64,000 bases of DNA, taken from Mobula hypostoma (taxonomy: Eukaryota). The position numbers and the translations under genes were made by a program. The notes beneath the pieces were generated by a model, which searched no databases, was not told the DNA's origin, and was given only the letters and a program-made list of their open reading frames with translations. The DNA lies in NCBI RefSeq assembly GCF_963921235.1, contig NC_086101.1, forward strand, positions 4,652,001 to 4,716,000. Reading direction: 5' to 3'. Position 1 is the first letter of the stretch, and each line of letters opens with the position of its first letter. Below, piece by piece: positions 48,960 through 63,500 of the stretch.

Positions 48960-51900
48960 TCTACACCCCAACCACCACTACTTTATCAGTTCCTGTTACA
49001 CCCCAACCACCACTACTTTACCATTTCCTGTTACAACCCAACCACCATTACTTTATCAGTTCCTGTCTACACCCCAATCACCACTACTTTATCAGTTCCT
49101 GTCTACACGCCAACCACCACTACTTTATCATTTCCTGTTACACCCCAACCACCACTACTTTATCATTTCCTGTCTACACCCCAACCACCACTACTTTATC
49201 AGTTCCTGTTACACCCCAACCACCACTACTTTATCAGTTCCTGTCTACACCCCAACCACCACTACTTTACCATTTCCTGTTACAACCCAAATACCACTAC
49301 GTTATCAATTCCTGTTACACCCCAACCACCACTACTTTATCATTTCCTGTCTACACCCCAACCACCACTACATCATCATTTCCTGTCTACACCCCAAACA
49401 TCACTACTTTATCATTCCCTGTCTGCACCCCAACCACCACTACTTTATCAGTTCCTGTTACACCCCAAACACCACTACTTTATCATTTCCTGTCTACACC
49501 CCAACCACCATTACTTTATCAGTTCCTGTCTACACCCCAATCACCACTACTTTATCAGTTCCTGTCTACACGCCAACCACCACTACTTTATCATTTCCTG
49601 TTACACCCCAACCACCACTACTTTATCATTTCCTGTTACACCCCAACCACCACTACATTATCAGTTCCTGTCTACACCCCAACCACCACTACTTTACCAT
49701 TTCCTGTTACACCCCAACCACCACTACTTTATCATTTCCTGTTACACCCCAACCACCACTACTTTATCATTTCCTGTTACACCCCAACCACCACTACTTT
49801 ACCATTTCCTGTCTACACCCCAAACACCACTACTTTATCATTTCCTGTTACACCCCAACCACCACTACTTTACCATTTCCTGTTACACCCCAACCACCGC
49901 TACTTTATCATTTCCTGTTACACCCCAACCACCACTACTTTACCATTTCCTGTTACACCCCAACCACCACTACTTTATCAGTCCCTGTCTACACCCCAAC
50001 CACCACTACTTTATCAGTTCCTGTTACACCCCAACCTCCACTACTTTATCAGTCCCTGTCTACACCCCAACCACCACTACTTTATCAGTTCCTGTCTACA
50101 CCCCAACCACCATTACTTTATCAGTTCCTGTCTACACCCCAACCACCACTACTTTATCAGTTCCTGTCTACACCCCAACCACCACTACTTTATCATTTCC
50201 TGTTACACCCCAACCACCACTACTTTACCATTTCCTGTCTACACCCCAAACACCACTACTTTATCATTCCCTGTCTGCACCCCAACCACCACTACTTTAT
50301 CATTTCCTGTCTACACCCCAAGCACCACTACTTTACCATTTCCTGTTACACCTCAACCACCACTACTTTATCATTTCCTGTCTACACCCCAAGCACCACT
50401 ACTTTACCATTTCCTGTTACACCCCAACCACCACTACTTTATCATTTCCTGTCTACACCCCAAACACCACTACTTTATCATTTCCTGTTACACCCCAACC
50501 ACCACTACTTTACCATTTCCTGTTACACCCCAACCACCACTACTTTATCATTTCCTGTTACACCCCAACCACCACTACTTTATCATTTCCTGTCTACACC
50601 CCAACCACCACTACTTTATCATTTCCTGTCTACACCCCAAGCACCACTACTTTATCATTTCCTGTTACACCCCAACAACCACTACTTTACCATTTCCTGT
50701 CTACACCCCAAACACCACTACTTTATCATTTCCTGTTACACCCCAACCACCACTACTTTATCAGTCCCTGTCTACACCCCAACCACCACTACTTTATCAT
50801 TTCCTGTTACACCCCAACCACCAGTACTTTATCATTCCCAGTCTACACCCCAACCACCACTACTTTATCATTTCCTGTCTACACCCCAACCACCACTACT
50901 TTATCATTTCCTGTCTACACCCCAACCACCACTACTTTATCATTTCCTGTCTACACCCCAACCACCACTACTTTATCATTTCCTGTCTACACCCCAACCA
51001 CCACTACTTTACCATTTCCTGTTACACCCCAACCACCACTACTTTATCATTTCCTGTTACACCCCAACCACCACTACTTTATCATTTCCTGTCTACACCC
51101 CAACCACCACTACTTTATCAGTTCCTGTCTACACCCCATCTACCACTACTTTATCATTTCCTGTCTACACCCCAAATACCACTATTTATCATTTCCTGTT
51201 ACACCCAACCACCACTACTTTATCATTTCCTGTCTACCTACACCCCAAATACCACTATTTATCATTTCCTGTTACACCCAACCACCACTACTTTATCATT
51301 TCCTGTCTACGGACCCAACCACCACTACTTTATCAGTTCCTGTTACACCCCAACCACCACTACTTTATCAGTTCCTGTCTACACCCCAACCACCACTACT
51401 TTACCATTTCCTGTTACACCCCAACCACCACTACTTTATCATTTCCTGTTACACCCCAACCACCACTACTTTATCATTTCCTGTTACACCCCAACCACCA
51501 CTACTTTATCATTTCCTGTTACACCCCAACCACCACTACTTTACCATTTCCTGTCTACACCCCAAACACCACTACTTTATCATTTCCTGTTACACCCCAA
51601 CCACCACTACTTTACCATTTCCTGTTACACCCCAACCACCACTACTTTATCATTTCCTGTTACACCCCAACCACCACTACTTTACCATTTCCTGTTACAC
51701 CCCAACCACCACTACTTTATCAGTCCCTGTCTACACCCCAACCACCACTACTTTATCAGTCCCTGTCTACACCCCAACCACCACTACTTTATCAGTTCCT
51801 GTCTACACCCCAACCACCATTACTTTATCAGTTCCTGTCTACACCCCAACCACCACTACTTTATCAGTTCCTGTCTACACCCCAACCACCACTACTTTAT

Positions 51901-54900
51901 CATTTCCTGTTACACCCCAACCACCACTACTTTACCATTTCCTGTCTACACCCCAAACACCACTACTTTATCATTCCCTGTCTGCACCCCAACCACCACT
52001 ACTTTATCATTTCCTGTCTACACCCCACGCACCACTACTTTACCATTTCCTGTTACACCCCAACCACCACTACTTTATCATTTCCTGTCTACACCCCAAG
52101 CACCACTACTTTACCATTTCCTGTTACACCCCAACCACCACTACTTTATCATTTCCTGTCTACACCCCAAACACCACTACTTTATCATTTCCTGTTAAAC
52201 CCCAACCACCACTACTTTACCATTTCCTGTTACACCCCAACCACCACTACTTTATCATTTCCTGTTACACCCCAACCACCACTACTTTATCATTTCCTGT
52301 CTACACCCCAACCACCACTACTTTATCATTTCCTGTCTACACCCCAAGCACCACTACTTTATCATTTCCTGTTACACCCCAACAACCACTACTTTACCAT
52401 TTCCTGTCTACACCCCAAACACCACTACTTTATCATTTCCTGTTACACCCCAACCACCACTACTTTATCAGTCCCTGTCTACACCCCAACCACCACTACT
52501 TTTATCATTTCCTGTTACACCCCAACCACCAGTACTTTATCATTCCCAGTCTACACCCCAACCACCACTACTTTATCATTTCCTGTCTACACCCCAACCA
52601 CCACTACTTTATCATTTCCTGTCTACACCCCAACCACCACTACTTTATCATTTCCTGTCTACACCCCAACCACCACTACTTTACCATTTCCTGTCTACAC
52701 CCCAAACACCACTACTTTATCATTTCCTGTTACACCCCAACCACCACTACTTTACCATTTCCTGTTACACCCCAACCACCACTACTTTATCATTTCCTGT
52801 TACACCCCAACCACCACTACTTTACCATTTCCTGTTACACCCCAACCACCACTACTTTATCAGTCCCTGTCTACACCCCAACCACCACTACTTTATCAGT
52901 TCCTGTTACACCCCAACCACCACTACTTTATCAGTCCCTGTCTACACCCCAACCACCACTACTTTATCAGTTCCTGTCTACACCCCAACCACCATTACTT
53001 TATCAGTTCCTGTCTACACCCCAACCACCACTACTTTATCAGTTCCTGTCTACACCCCAACCACCACTACTTTATCATTTCCTGTTACACCCCAACCACC
53101 ACTACTTTACCATTTCCTGTCTACACCCCAAACACCACTACTTTATCATTCCCTGTCTGCACCCCAACCACCACTACTTTATCATTTCCTGTCTACACCC
53201 CAAGCACCACTACTTTACCATTTCCTGTTACACCCCAACCACCACTACTTTATCATTTCCTGTCTACACCCCAAGCACCACTACTTTACCATTTCCTGTT
53301 ACACCCCAACCACCACTACTTTATCATTTCCTGTCTACACCCCAACCACCACTACTTTATCATTTCCTGTCTACACCCCAAGCACCACTACTTTATCATT
53401 TCCTGTTACACCCCAACAACCACTACTTTACCATTTCCTGTCTACACCCCAAACACCACTACTTTATCATTTCCTGTTACACCCCAACCACCACTACTTT
53501 ATCAGTCCCTGTCTACACCCCAACCACCACTACTTTATCATTTCCTGTTACACCCCAACCACCACTACTTTATCATTCCCAGTCTACACCCCAACCACCA
53601 CTACTTTATCATTTCCTGTCTACACCCCAACCACCACTACTTTATCATTTCCTGTCTACACCCCAACCACCACTACTTTATCATTTCCTGTCTACACCCC
53701 AACCACCACTACTTTATCATTTCCTGTCTACACCCCAACCACCACTACTTTATCATTTCCTGTTACACCCCAACCACCACTATTTATCATTTCCTGTCTA
53801 CACCCCAAACACCACTACTTACCATTTCCTGTCTACACCCCAACCACCACTACTTTATCATTTCCTGTCTACACCCCAACCACCACTACTTTATCATTTC
53901 CTGTCTACACCCCAACCACCACTACTTTATCATTTCCTGTCTACACCCCAACCACCACTACTTTATCATTTCCTGTCTACACCCCAACCACCACTACTTT
54001 ACCATTTCCTGTTACACCCCAACCACCACTACTTTATCATTTCCTGTTACACCCCAACCACCACTACTTTATCATTTCCTGTTACACCCCAACCACCACT
54101 ACTTTATCATTTCCTGTTACACCCCAACCACCACTACTTTACCATTTCCTGTCTACACCCCAAACACCACTACTTTATCATTTCCTGTTACACCCCAACC
54201 ACCACTACTTTACCATTTCCTGTTACACCCCAACCACCACTACTTTATCATTTCCTGTTACACCCCAACCACCACTACTTTACCATTTCCTGTTACACCC
54301 CAACCACCACTACTTTATCAGTCCCTGTCTACACCCCAACCACCACTACTTTATCAGTTCCTGTTACACCCCAACCACCACTACTTTATCAGTCCCTGTC
54401 TACACCCCAACCACCACTACTTTATCAGTTCCTGTCTACACCCCAAGCACCACTACTTTACCATTTCCTGTTACACCCCAACCACCACTACTTTGTCATT
54501 TCCTGTCTACACCCCAAGCACCACTACTTTACCATTTCCTGTTACACCCCAACCACCACTACTTTATCATTTCCTGTCTACACCCCAAACACCACTACTT
54601 TATCATTTCCTGTTACACCCCAACCACCACTACTTTACCATTTCCTGTTACACCCCAACCACCACTACTTTATCATTTCCTGTTACAACCCAACCACTAC
54701 TACTTTATCATTTCCTGTCTACACCCCAACCACCACTACTTTATCATTTCCTGTCTACACCCCAAGCACCACTACTTTATCATTTCCTGTTACACCCCAA
54801 CAACCACTACTTTACCATTTCCTGTCTACACCCCAAACACCACTACTTTATCATTTCCTGTTACACCCCAACCACCACTACTTTATCAGTCCCTGTCTAC

Positions 54901-56497
54901 ACCCCAACCACCCCTACTTTATCATTTCCTGTTACACCCCAACCACCACTACTTTATCATTCCCAGTCTACACCCCAACCACCACTACTTTATCATTTCC
55001 TGTCTACACCCCAACCACCACTACTTTATCATTTCCTGTCTACACCCCAACCACCACTACTTTACCATTTCCTGTTACACCCCAACCACCACTACTTTAT
55101 CATTTCCTGTTACACCCCAACCACCACTACTTTATCATTTCCTGTTACACCCCAACCACCACTACTTTATCATTTCCTGTTACACCCCAACCACCACTAC
55201 TTTACCATTTCCTGTCTACACCCCAAACACCACTACTTTATCATTTCCTGTTACACCCCAACCACCACTACTTTACCATTTCCTGTTACACCCCAACCAC
55301 CACTACTTTATCATTTCCTGTTACACCCCAACCACCACTACTTTACCATTTCCTGTTACACCCCAACCACCACTACTTTATCAGTCCCTGTCTACACCCC
55401 AACCACCACTACTTTATCAGTTCCTGTTACACCCCAACCACCACTACTTTATCAGTCCCTGTCTACACCCCAACCACCACTACTTTATCAGTTCCTGTCT
55501 ACACCCCAAGCACCACTACTTTACCATTTCCTGTTACACCCCAACCACCACTACTTTGTCATTTCCTGTCTACACCCCAAGCACCACTACTTTACCATTT
55601 CCTGTTACACCCCAACCACCACTACTTTATCATTTCCTGTCTACACCCCAAACACCACTACTTTATCATTTCCTGTTACACCCCAACCACCACTACTTTA
55701 CCATTTCCTGTTACACCCCAACCACCACTACTTTATCATTTCCTGTTACAACCCAACCACTACTACTTTATCATTTCCTGTCTACACCCCAACCACCACT
55801 ACTTTATCATTTCCTGTCTACACCCCAAGCACCACTACTTTATCATTTCCTGTTACACCCCAACAACCACTACTTTACCATTTCCTGTCTACACCCCAAA
55901 CACCACTACTTTATCATTTCCTGTTACACCCCAACCACCACTACTTTATCAGTCCCTGTCTACACCCCAACCACCCCTACTTTATCATTTCCTGTTACAC
56001 CCCAACCACCACTACTTTATCATTCCCAGTCTACACCCCAACCACCACTACTTTATCATTTCCTGTCTACACCCCAACCACCACTACTTTATCATTTCCT
56101 GTCTACACCCCAACCACCACTACTTTATCATTTCCTGTCTACACCCCAACCACCACTACTTTATCATTTCCTGTCTACACCCCAACCACCACTACTTTAT
56201 CATTTCCTGTTACACCCCAACCACCACTATTTATCATTTCCTGTCTACACCCCAAACACCACTACTTACCATTTCCTGTCTACACCCCAACCACCACTAC
56301 TTTATCAGTTCCTGTCTACACCCCAACCACCACTACTTTATCAGTTCCTGTCTACACCCCAACCACCACTACTTTATCAGTTTCTGTCTACACCCCAAAC
56401 ACCACTACTTTATCATTTCCTGTCTACACCCCAACAACCACTACTTTATCGTTTCCTGTCTACACCCCAACAACCACTACTTTATAATTTCCTGTCA
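48960..56497. repeat. About 7.5-kb minisatellite, 35/36-bp unit (acaccccaaccaccactactttatcatttcctgtt / ...ctgtct), in TRIM-B intron 2
   Basis: About 210 tandem units. Higher-order repeat visible (blocks at 54493 and 55556, 1063-bp offset). Confidence 0.98.
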
Positions 56498-57984
56498 GAT
56501 GCTTTATTTACGGACACCCGTGTCTAGCATCACTTCGTGGACATACAGTCAATCTATGTATATAAATTATCGTATGTGTTCATTTGTGTGTGTGTGTGTG
56601 TGTGTTTTGTCATTGTGCACTTTATCTTATTGTGTGTGTGTGTTTGTTGGGCTGCCTCAGATCAGGAGTAACAATTATTTCATTCTCCTTTGCACTTGTG
56701 TACTGGAAATGACATTAAACAGTCTTGAAGAGTCTTGCAAAGTCTTGAACAATCTTAAACATATAACATGGTGGGCATTGCCCACATTCCTAGAAGCCGA
56801 CAAATATAAATTCCCAAACAAGCGAAAATAAAAAATCCCTGAAGTTTCATGAAACATAGGGCAGTATACTACAGGCCCTTCGGCCCACAATGCTGTGCTA
56901 ACCTTTTAGCCTGCTCCAAAATCAATCTAGCCCTTCCTTCCTACATAGCCCTCCATTTCTCTATCATCCAGGTTTTCTAAAATGTCACTAATCTATCTGC
57001 CTGTACCACGACCCCTGGCATGGTGTACTATTCACCCACCACTCTGTGTAAGAGGCATACCTCTGACATTTCCCCCACCCCAGCTGTACTTTTCTCCTAT
57101 CACCTTAAAAGTATGCCCCTTGTATTAGCCGTTTCCATCCTGGGAAAAAATCTCTGGCTGTCCACTCCATCAATGTTTCCTATCATCTTGTACACCTCTA
57201 TGAAGCTACCTCTCATCCTCCTTCACTCCAAAGAGAAAAGCCCCAGCTCACTCCACAAAAAACAGGTCCTCTAATCCAGACAGCATCCCGGTAAATCTAC
57301 TCTGCACTCTCTCTAAAGCTTCCACATCCTTCCTATAATGAGAAGACCAGAGCTGAACACAGTCTCTGAGTTTAACTTACTGAATAGTTAGTGCTGCTCT
57401 GTAGTGAATACAAAGTGGATAACATCCACGTCCTTCCTATAATGAGATGACGAGAGATGAACACAATCTCCGAGTTTCATCTACTCAATAGTCAGTGCTG
57501 CTTTCCAGTGTTTGCTCGGGTGACTACAAGCTGGATTACATTCAGAGAAAATCTGCAGATGCTGGAAATCCGAGCAACACACACAAAGTGCTGGAGGAAC
57601 TCAGCAGGCCAAGCAGCATCTATGGAAAAGAGTACAGTTGGCATTTCGGGCCAAGACCCTGCAGCAGGACTGGTAAAAAAAGATACCCTCTCTGACTGCC
57701 CCCCCCCCTGTGATCCCTGCTGCTCCCCACCTCATCGACCACGTGTTCACCAGACCCACTCTCCTCCCCCTTCTCTTTTTTCCATGGCCTTCTGTCCTCT
57801 CCATCAGATTCCCCCTTCTCCAGCCATGTATCTCTTTCACCAATCAACTTCCCAGCTCTTTACTTCACCACCCCACCCTGGTTTCACCCATCACCGTATG
57901 CTTCTTCCTCCCCTCCCTCCACCTTCTTACGCTGACTTCCAATCTTTTTTTTTCTCCAGTCCTGCTGCAGGGTCACAGACCGAA

Positions 57985-60165
57985 ACATAGAAAACCTACA
58001 GCATGATACAGGCCCTTCGGCCCACAAATCTGTGCCGAACATGTCCCTACCTTAGAACTACCTAAGCTTTACCCATAGCCCTCTATTTTTCTAAGCTCCA
58101 TGTAGCCATCCAGGAGTCTCTTAAAAGACCCTATCGCTTCCGCCTCCACCACCATCGCCAGTGGCCCATTCCACGTACTCACCACTCTCTGTGTAAAAAA
58201 ACTTACCACTGACATCTGCTCTGTACCTACTTCCAAGCAGTTTAAAACTATGCCCTCTCGTGCTAGCCAATTTAGACCTGGGGAAAAGCCTCTGACTATC
58301 CACATGATCAATGTCTCTCATTATCTTATACTCCTCTATCAGGTCACCTCTCATCCTCTGTCACTCCAAGGAGAAAAGGTCGAGTTCACACTCAACCTAT
58401 TCTCATAAGGCATGCTCCCCAATCCAGGCAACATCCTTGTAAATCTCCTCTGCACCCTTTCTATGGTTTCCACGTCCTTCCTGTAGTGAGACGTCCAGAA
58501 CTGAGCACAGTACTCCAAGTGGGGTCTGACCAGGGTCCTATATAGCTTTAACATTACCTCTCAGCTCTTAAACTCAATCCCACAATTGATGAAGGCCAAT
58601 GCACCGTATGTTTTCTTAACCACAGAGTCAACCTGCATAGCATCTTTCAGTGTCCTATGGACTCGGACACCAAGATCCCTCTGATCTTCCACACTGCCAA
58701 GAGTCTTACCATTAATACTATATTCTGCCATCATATTTGACCTACCAAAATGAACCACCTCACACTTATCTGGGTTGAACTCCATCTGCCACTTCTCAGC
58801 CCAGTTTTGCATCCTATCAATGTCCCATTGTAACCTCTGACAGCCCTCCACACTATCCACAATACACACAACCTTTGTGTTATCAGCAAATTTACTAACC
58901 CAACCCTCCACTTCCACATCCAGGTCATTTATAAAATCATGAAGCGTAAAGGTCCCAGAACAGATCCCTGAGGCACACCACTGGTCACCGACCTCCATGC
59001 AGAAAATGACCTGTCTACAACCACTCTTTGCCTTCTGTGGGCAAGCCAGTTCTGGATCCACAAAGCAATGTCCCCTTGGATCCCATGCCTCCTTACTTTC
59101 TCAATAATCCTTGCATGGGTACTTTATCAAATGCCTTGCTGAAATCCATGTACACTACATCTACTGCTCTTCCTTCATCAATGTGTTTAATCACATTCTC
59201 AAAAAATTCAATCAGGCTTGTAAGGCATGTCCTGCCTTTGACAAAGCCATGCTGACTATTCCTAATCATATTATACCTCTCCAAATATTCATAAATCCTG
59301 CCTCTCAGGATCTTCTCCATCAACTTACCAACCACTGCAGTAAGACTCACTGGTCTATAATTTCCTGGGCTATCTCTACTCCCTTTCTCGAATAATGGAA
59401 CAACCTCCGCAACCCTCCAATCCTCCGGAACCTCTCCCGTCCTCATTGATGATGCAAAGATCATTGCCAGAGGCTCAGCAATTTCCTCCTTCGCTTCCCA
59501 CAGTAGTCTGGGGTACACCTTGTCTGGTCCTGGTGACTTATTCAACCTGATGCTTTCCAAAAGCTCCAGCACATCCTCTTTCTTAATTTCTACATGCTCA
59601 AGCTTTTCAGTCTGCTGTAAGTCATCACTACAATCACCAAGATCCTTTTCCGTACTGAATACCGAAGCAAAAATATTCATTAAGTACCTCTGCTATTTCC
59701 TCCGGTTCCATACACACTTTTCCATTGTCACACTTGATTGGTCCTATTCCTTCACGTCTTATCCTCTTGCTCTTCACATACTTGTAGAACGCCTTGGGGT
59801 TTTCCTGAATCCTGCCTGCAAATGCCTTCTCATGGCCCCTTCTGGCTCTCCTAATTTCATTCTTAAGCTCCTTCCTGCTAGCCTTATAATCTTCTAGGTT
59901 CATATCATTACCTAGTTTTTTTAACCTTTCGTATGCTCTTATTTTCTTCTTGACTAGATTTACAACAGCCTTTGTACACCACGGATCTTGTACCCCACCA
60001 ACCTTTCCATGTCTCATTGGAACGTACCTACTCAGAACCCCACGCAAATATCCCCTGAACATTTGGCACATTTCTTTGGTACGTTTCCCTGAGAACATCT
60101 GTTTACAACTGATGCTTCCAAGTTCCTGCCTGAAAGCCTCGTAGTTCCCCTTTCTCCAATTAACC
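57985..60165 (-). mobile_element. 5'-truncated CR1 LINE in TRIM-B intron 2
   Basis: YMDFSKAFDKVP, KFADNTK, LVRPHLEYCAQF. Multiple frameshifts. Confidence 0.93.
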
Positions 60166-61180
60166 ATGAGCTGTGCTCTTCCACAGATGCTGCCTGGCCT
60201 GCTGAATTCCTCCAGCATTTTGTGTCTGGATTACGTTCAGCTGCTGCTGCACTGAACCATGACCTTCGGGGGGCTTGGGCTACATTATTATTTTTGTTTT
60301 ACTGCTCTATGTCCCTCATGCTGTGTGACTGTTGGGTGTGTGCTTTACACCTCGGCCTCGAAGGAACGCTGTTCGATGGATGGCTGTATCCTTGTGTATG
60401 GTTAAAATTGAACTATTCAGTAATATGACAGTGAAAGGATTTAGAATAAAAATGAAATGAACCGCGAGAAAGGGCCAGCTATGCAGGACGGCGATCTCTC
60501 TGAGCTGTGGAAAGAATGTAATCCTTTTACACTCGTGTTGCATGACGAGACGTCCGGGCGAACTGTGAACATCTATGATCAAGTTCAAGTTTATTGTCAT
60601 CTGACTATACATGTATACAACCGAACAGTGCTCCTGCAGATCACGTTGCACACGCACAGCACATAAAACAAAATATTACCACAAATAGGTTATTAAAATA
60701 ACATTCAGAATGGACCCAGTAAGCAGCACAAGCAAACAGTAGACAGCTCGCTGTCGTCAGGACACGACCTCGCTGGCGGCAGGATCTTCTTTATTCTCAC
60801 AGCCCGAGGGAAGAAGCTGCTACCCAGTCTGACAGTTCTAGTCCTGATGCTCCTGTACCTCCTTCCTGACGGTAGCGTGTCGGAGATTGTGAGGTGGGGG
60901 ATAGGAATGATGCGTCCGCAGCCGGTAACTGTCACAAATAGGGGTGGGGGGGGGGGAGGAAATCGCAGAGATTCTCCCGGTGGCTTTTACTATCAGCTGA
61001 CATAAACAGAAAACAGAATATCTCAACAGTTCACGGACCGTGAGAAATTTCGAACCCGGTCTGCTTGTGCTGGAATATTACATTCCAAAACCATCCAATT
61101 AACGGATCGGGAGAACCACAGCGGGAGCTACGGGTGGGAAAAGAACCAACGGTATCGGTCCTGTCATTAGTGACTAATAC

Positions 61181-61651
61181 AGTGTGTGTGTGTGTGTAAG
61201 TGTGTGTATCTATGTGTGTATGTGTGTAAGTAACTGTGTGTGAGTGTGTATGTATATATGTGTGTGTGTGTGAGTGTACGGTGTGTACAAACGTGTCTTT
61301 GTGTGTGTATCTGAGTGAATGTGTACTTGTGTGACTGTATTTGAGTGCGTGTGTTTGTGTGTCTGTGTGTATGTGTGTGAATGGATGTGTATGTACGTAT
61401 ATGTGTGTGTGTGTCTGTGTCTGTGTCTCTGTGTGTGAGTCTCTGTGTGTGTCCATGTACTGTGTGTCTGTGTATATGTGTGAGTGGGTGTATTTGTGTG
61501 CGTGTGTAAGTGTTGGTGTATGTGTATGTGAGGGAGTGTGTATTTGTGTGTGTGTGTGAGTGTGTAACTGTGTGTGTAAGTGTTAGTGTCTGTCTGTGAG
61601 GGATTGTGTATCTGTGTGTGAGGGAGTGTGTATCTGTGTGTGCGTGTATCT

Positions 61652-61694
<43 letters not shown>

Positions 61695-61716
61695 TCTGTG
61701 TCTGTGTGCGTCCGTG
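61181..61716. repeat. Degenerate (GT)n/(GA)n microsatellite upstream of TRIM-B exon 3
   Basis: Direct observation. Confidence 0.95.
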
Positions 61717-61827
61717 TATCTGCAGACTCAGCATCTAGGAAATAATGTCACACTGACCGACTCTGGAGAGGGTTCGCTTTCCAACTTCAACACGTTTTTT
61801 TTTAACTCCTTTGATTTGTGTCCGCAG

Positions 61828-62061
61828 GAACAGTCAAACAAAATACAGATCCTGATTGACTCTGAGTTCGCCAAACTGCGAAGTATTTTGGACGAGAAGG
61901 AGAGAAGCCTGGTCAGGGAGCTGAACAAGGAAAAAGACGACATCTTGGGGAGGATGGAGACGAACCTGCAGGAAATTCGTGACAATTCACAGGACACCCA
62001 ACAAAGGCTTTCGTACATAGAAAGGCAACTCAGCCAACAGGACGCCTTCAGCTTGCTTGTC
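61828..62061 (+). CDS. TRIM-B exon 3 (234-bp coiled-coil exon)
   Basis: tttgtgtccgcag|GAA...GTC|gtaagg. Encodes EQSNKIQILIDSEFAKLRSILDEKE...QQDAFSLLV; about 43/78 aa identical to TRIM-A exon 3 by manual count. Confidence 0.92.
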
Positions 62062-62184
62062 GTAAGGCAATCACTAAAGATTCACGGAAAAGCACAGCAC
62101 AGAAGCAGGTCCTGTGGCCGATCTAGTCCGCGTCCAACCACTTTAACCAAGGTCACATCAGCTCTCCTCTCCTCTTAGTGACCT

Positions 62185-62643
62185 GTCTGTCTGTATCTTG
62201 TTTTACGGCGGTTGGCATCCAGCTTAATGGTGCATTACCGCCACCCTCTGCTCCAGAATGTGCACTAGACATACATTCTAAATCCCTTCACCCAATCTCA
62301 CTCACACACACACAAACCTACACTTCACCCTCCCATCTTTGACCATCCTAGTATCCTATTCCTGTTTATTCGTCATATTCTATAAAAAACCCCTGTACCC
62401 CTTAAAAACGCTAAAAATACCCGGACTTGTGCTCTCTCACCCATGCCCAGCAACCCTTTTAATGTGAATTCCTGCATCCCCAACTCCCTTAATTTATTTC
62501 TCATCATCTCTCTCTGTATCCCATACTTCCTGCAACTCAGAACTACATGTTCTACTGACTGCTCTTCCTGACATTCCTCACACAATCCTGTCTGGTGTTT
62601 CCTTATCATTTTCAATGTTTTGTTTAATGCACAGTGCCCCAGC
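62185..62643 (-). mobile_element. 5'-truncated I-group (Nimb-like) LINE with a 14-bp TSD
   Basis: C-terminal CEEC..SVEHVVLSC zinc knuckle, ...FLRGTGVFYRI*. TSD cctcttagtgacct at 62171-62184 and 62644-62657. Confidence 0.8.
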
Positions 62644-62869
62644 CCTCTTAGTGACCTTGCGGTTTCCCCCGTTTTTGATCGTTTCATCAGCCAGTAAGAT
62701 GTTAGACCACAATCCCCCTCAATCCCACACACCTGCCTTTTCCCCGTAGCCTTTGACGCCCAAACTAATCGAGAACCATCGACTCAACCTGCGAATTAAT
62801 CCTTAGGGAATCCTGCACAAGGACTCCTAACCCTTTGCAGCTCCGATTTTTAATTTTTCTCTGCCGTTG

Positions 62870-63500
62870 AGTCAATGGTGAGGAAGGCAAATGCAATGGT
62901 CGCATTCATTTTGAGAGGACTAGAATAGAAAAGCAGGGATGTAATGCCAAGGTTTTATAAGGCATTGGTCAGACCACTCTTAGGGTATTGTGAGCAGCTT
63001 TGGGTCCCTTATCAAAGAAAGTCTGGAGTGGGTCCAGAGGAGGTTCACGAGAATGGTTTCGACAATGAAAAGATTAACGTATGCAGGGTGTTTGATGGTT
63101 CTGGGTCTGTACTCGCTGGAGTTTAGAGGAATGAGGGGAAATCTTATTGAAACCTACCGAATATAGAAAAGCCCAGATAAAGTGGACGTGGAGAGGATGT
63201 TTCCTACAGTGGGGGAGTCTGAGACCAGAGGGCACAGCCTCAGAATAGACAGTCATCCATTTACAATGGAGATGAGGAGGGATTTCTTTAGCCAGAGGGT
63301 GGTGAATCTGTGGAATTCATTGCCACAGGCAGCTGTGGAGACCAAGTCATTGGGTGTATTTAAAGCAGCCATTAACCAGGGTGTCAGAGGTTACCGGGAG
63401 AAAGGAGGAGAACGGGGCTGAGAGGAAATAGAATCACCCATGGTGTAGAGCGGACGCGATGTGCCAAATGGGATCATTCTGTTCCTTTGTATTATGGTCT
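62870..63500 (+). mobile_element. CR1 3' fragment
   Basis: FYKALVRPLLGYCEQ, RVVNLWNSLP. Confidence 0.8.

Noticed and set aside
48960..56497. CRISPR-like array (35-36-bp repeats)
   Set aside because: Repeats are contiguous with no unique spacers, there are no cas genes, and the context is eukaryotic.
48843..56831. 2662-aa ORF (and nested 664- and 323-aa ORFs) as a mucin-like or novel protein
   Set aside because: It is the translation of a 35/36-bp minisatellite that lacks stop codons on the plus strand. The unit is not always a multiple of 3, so the peptide cycles through all frames. It lies inside TRIM-B intron 2.
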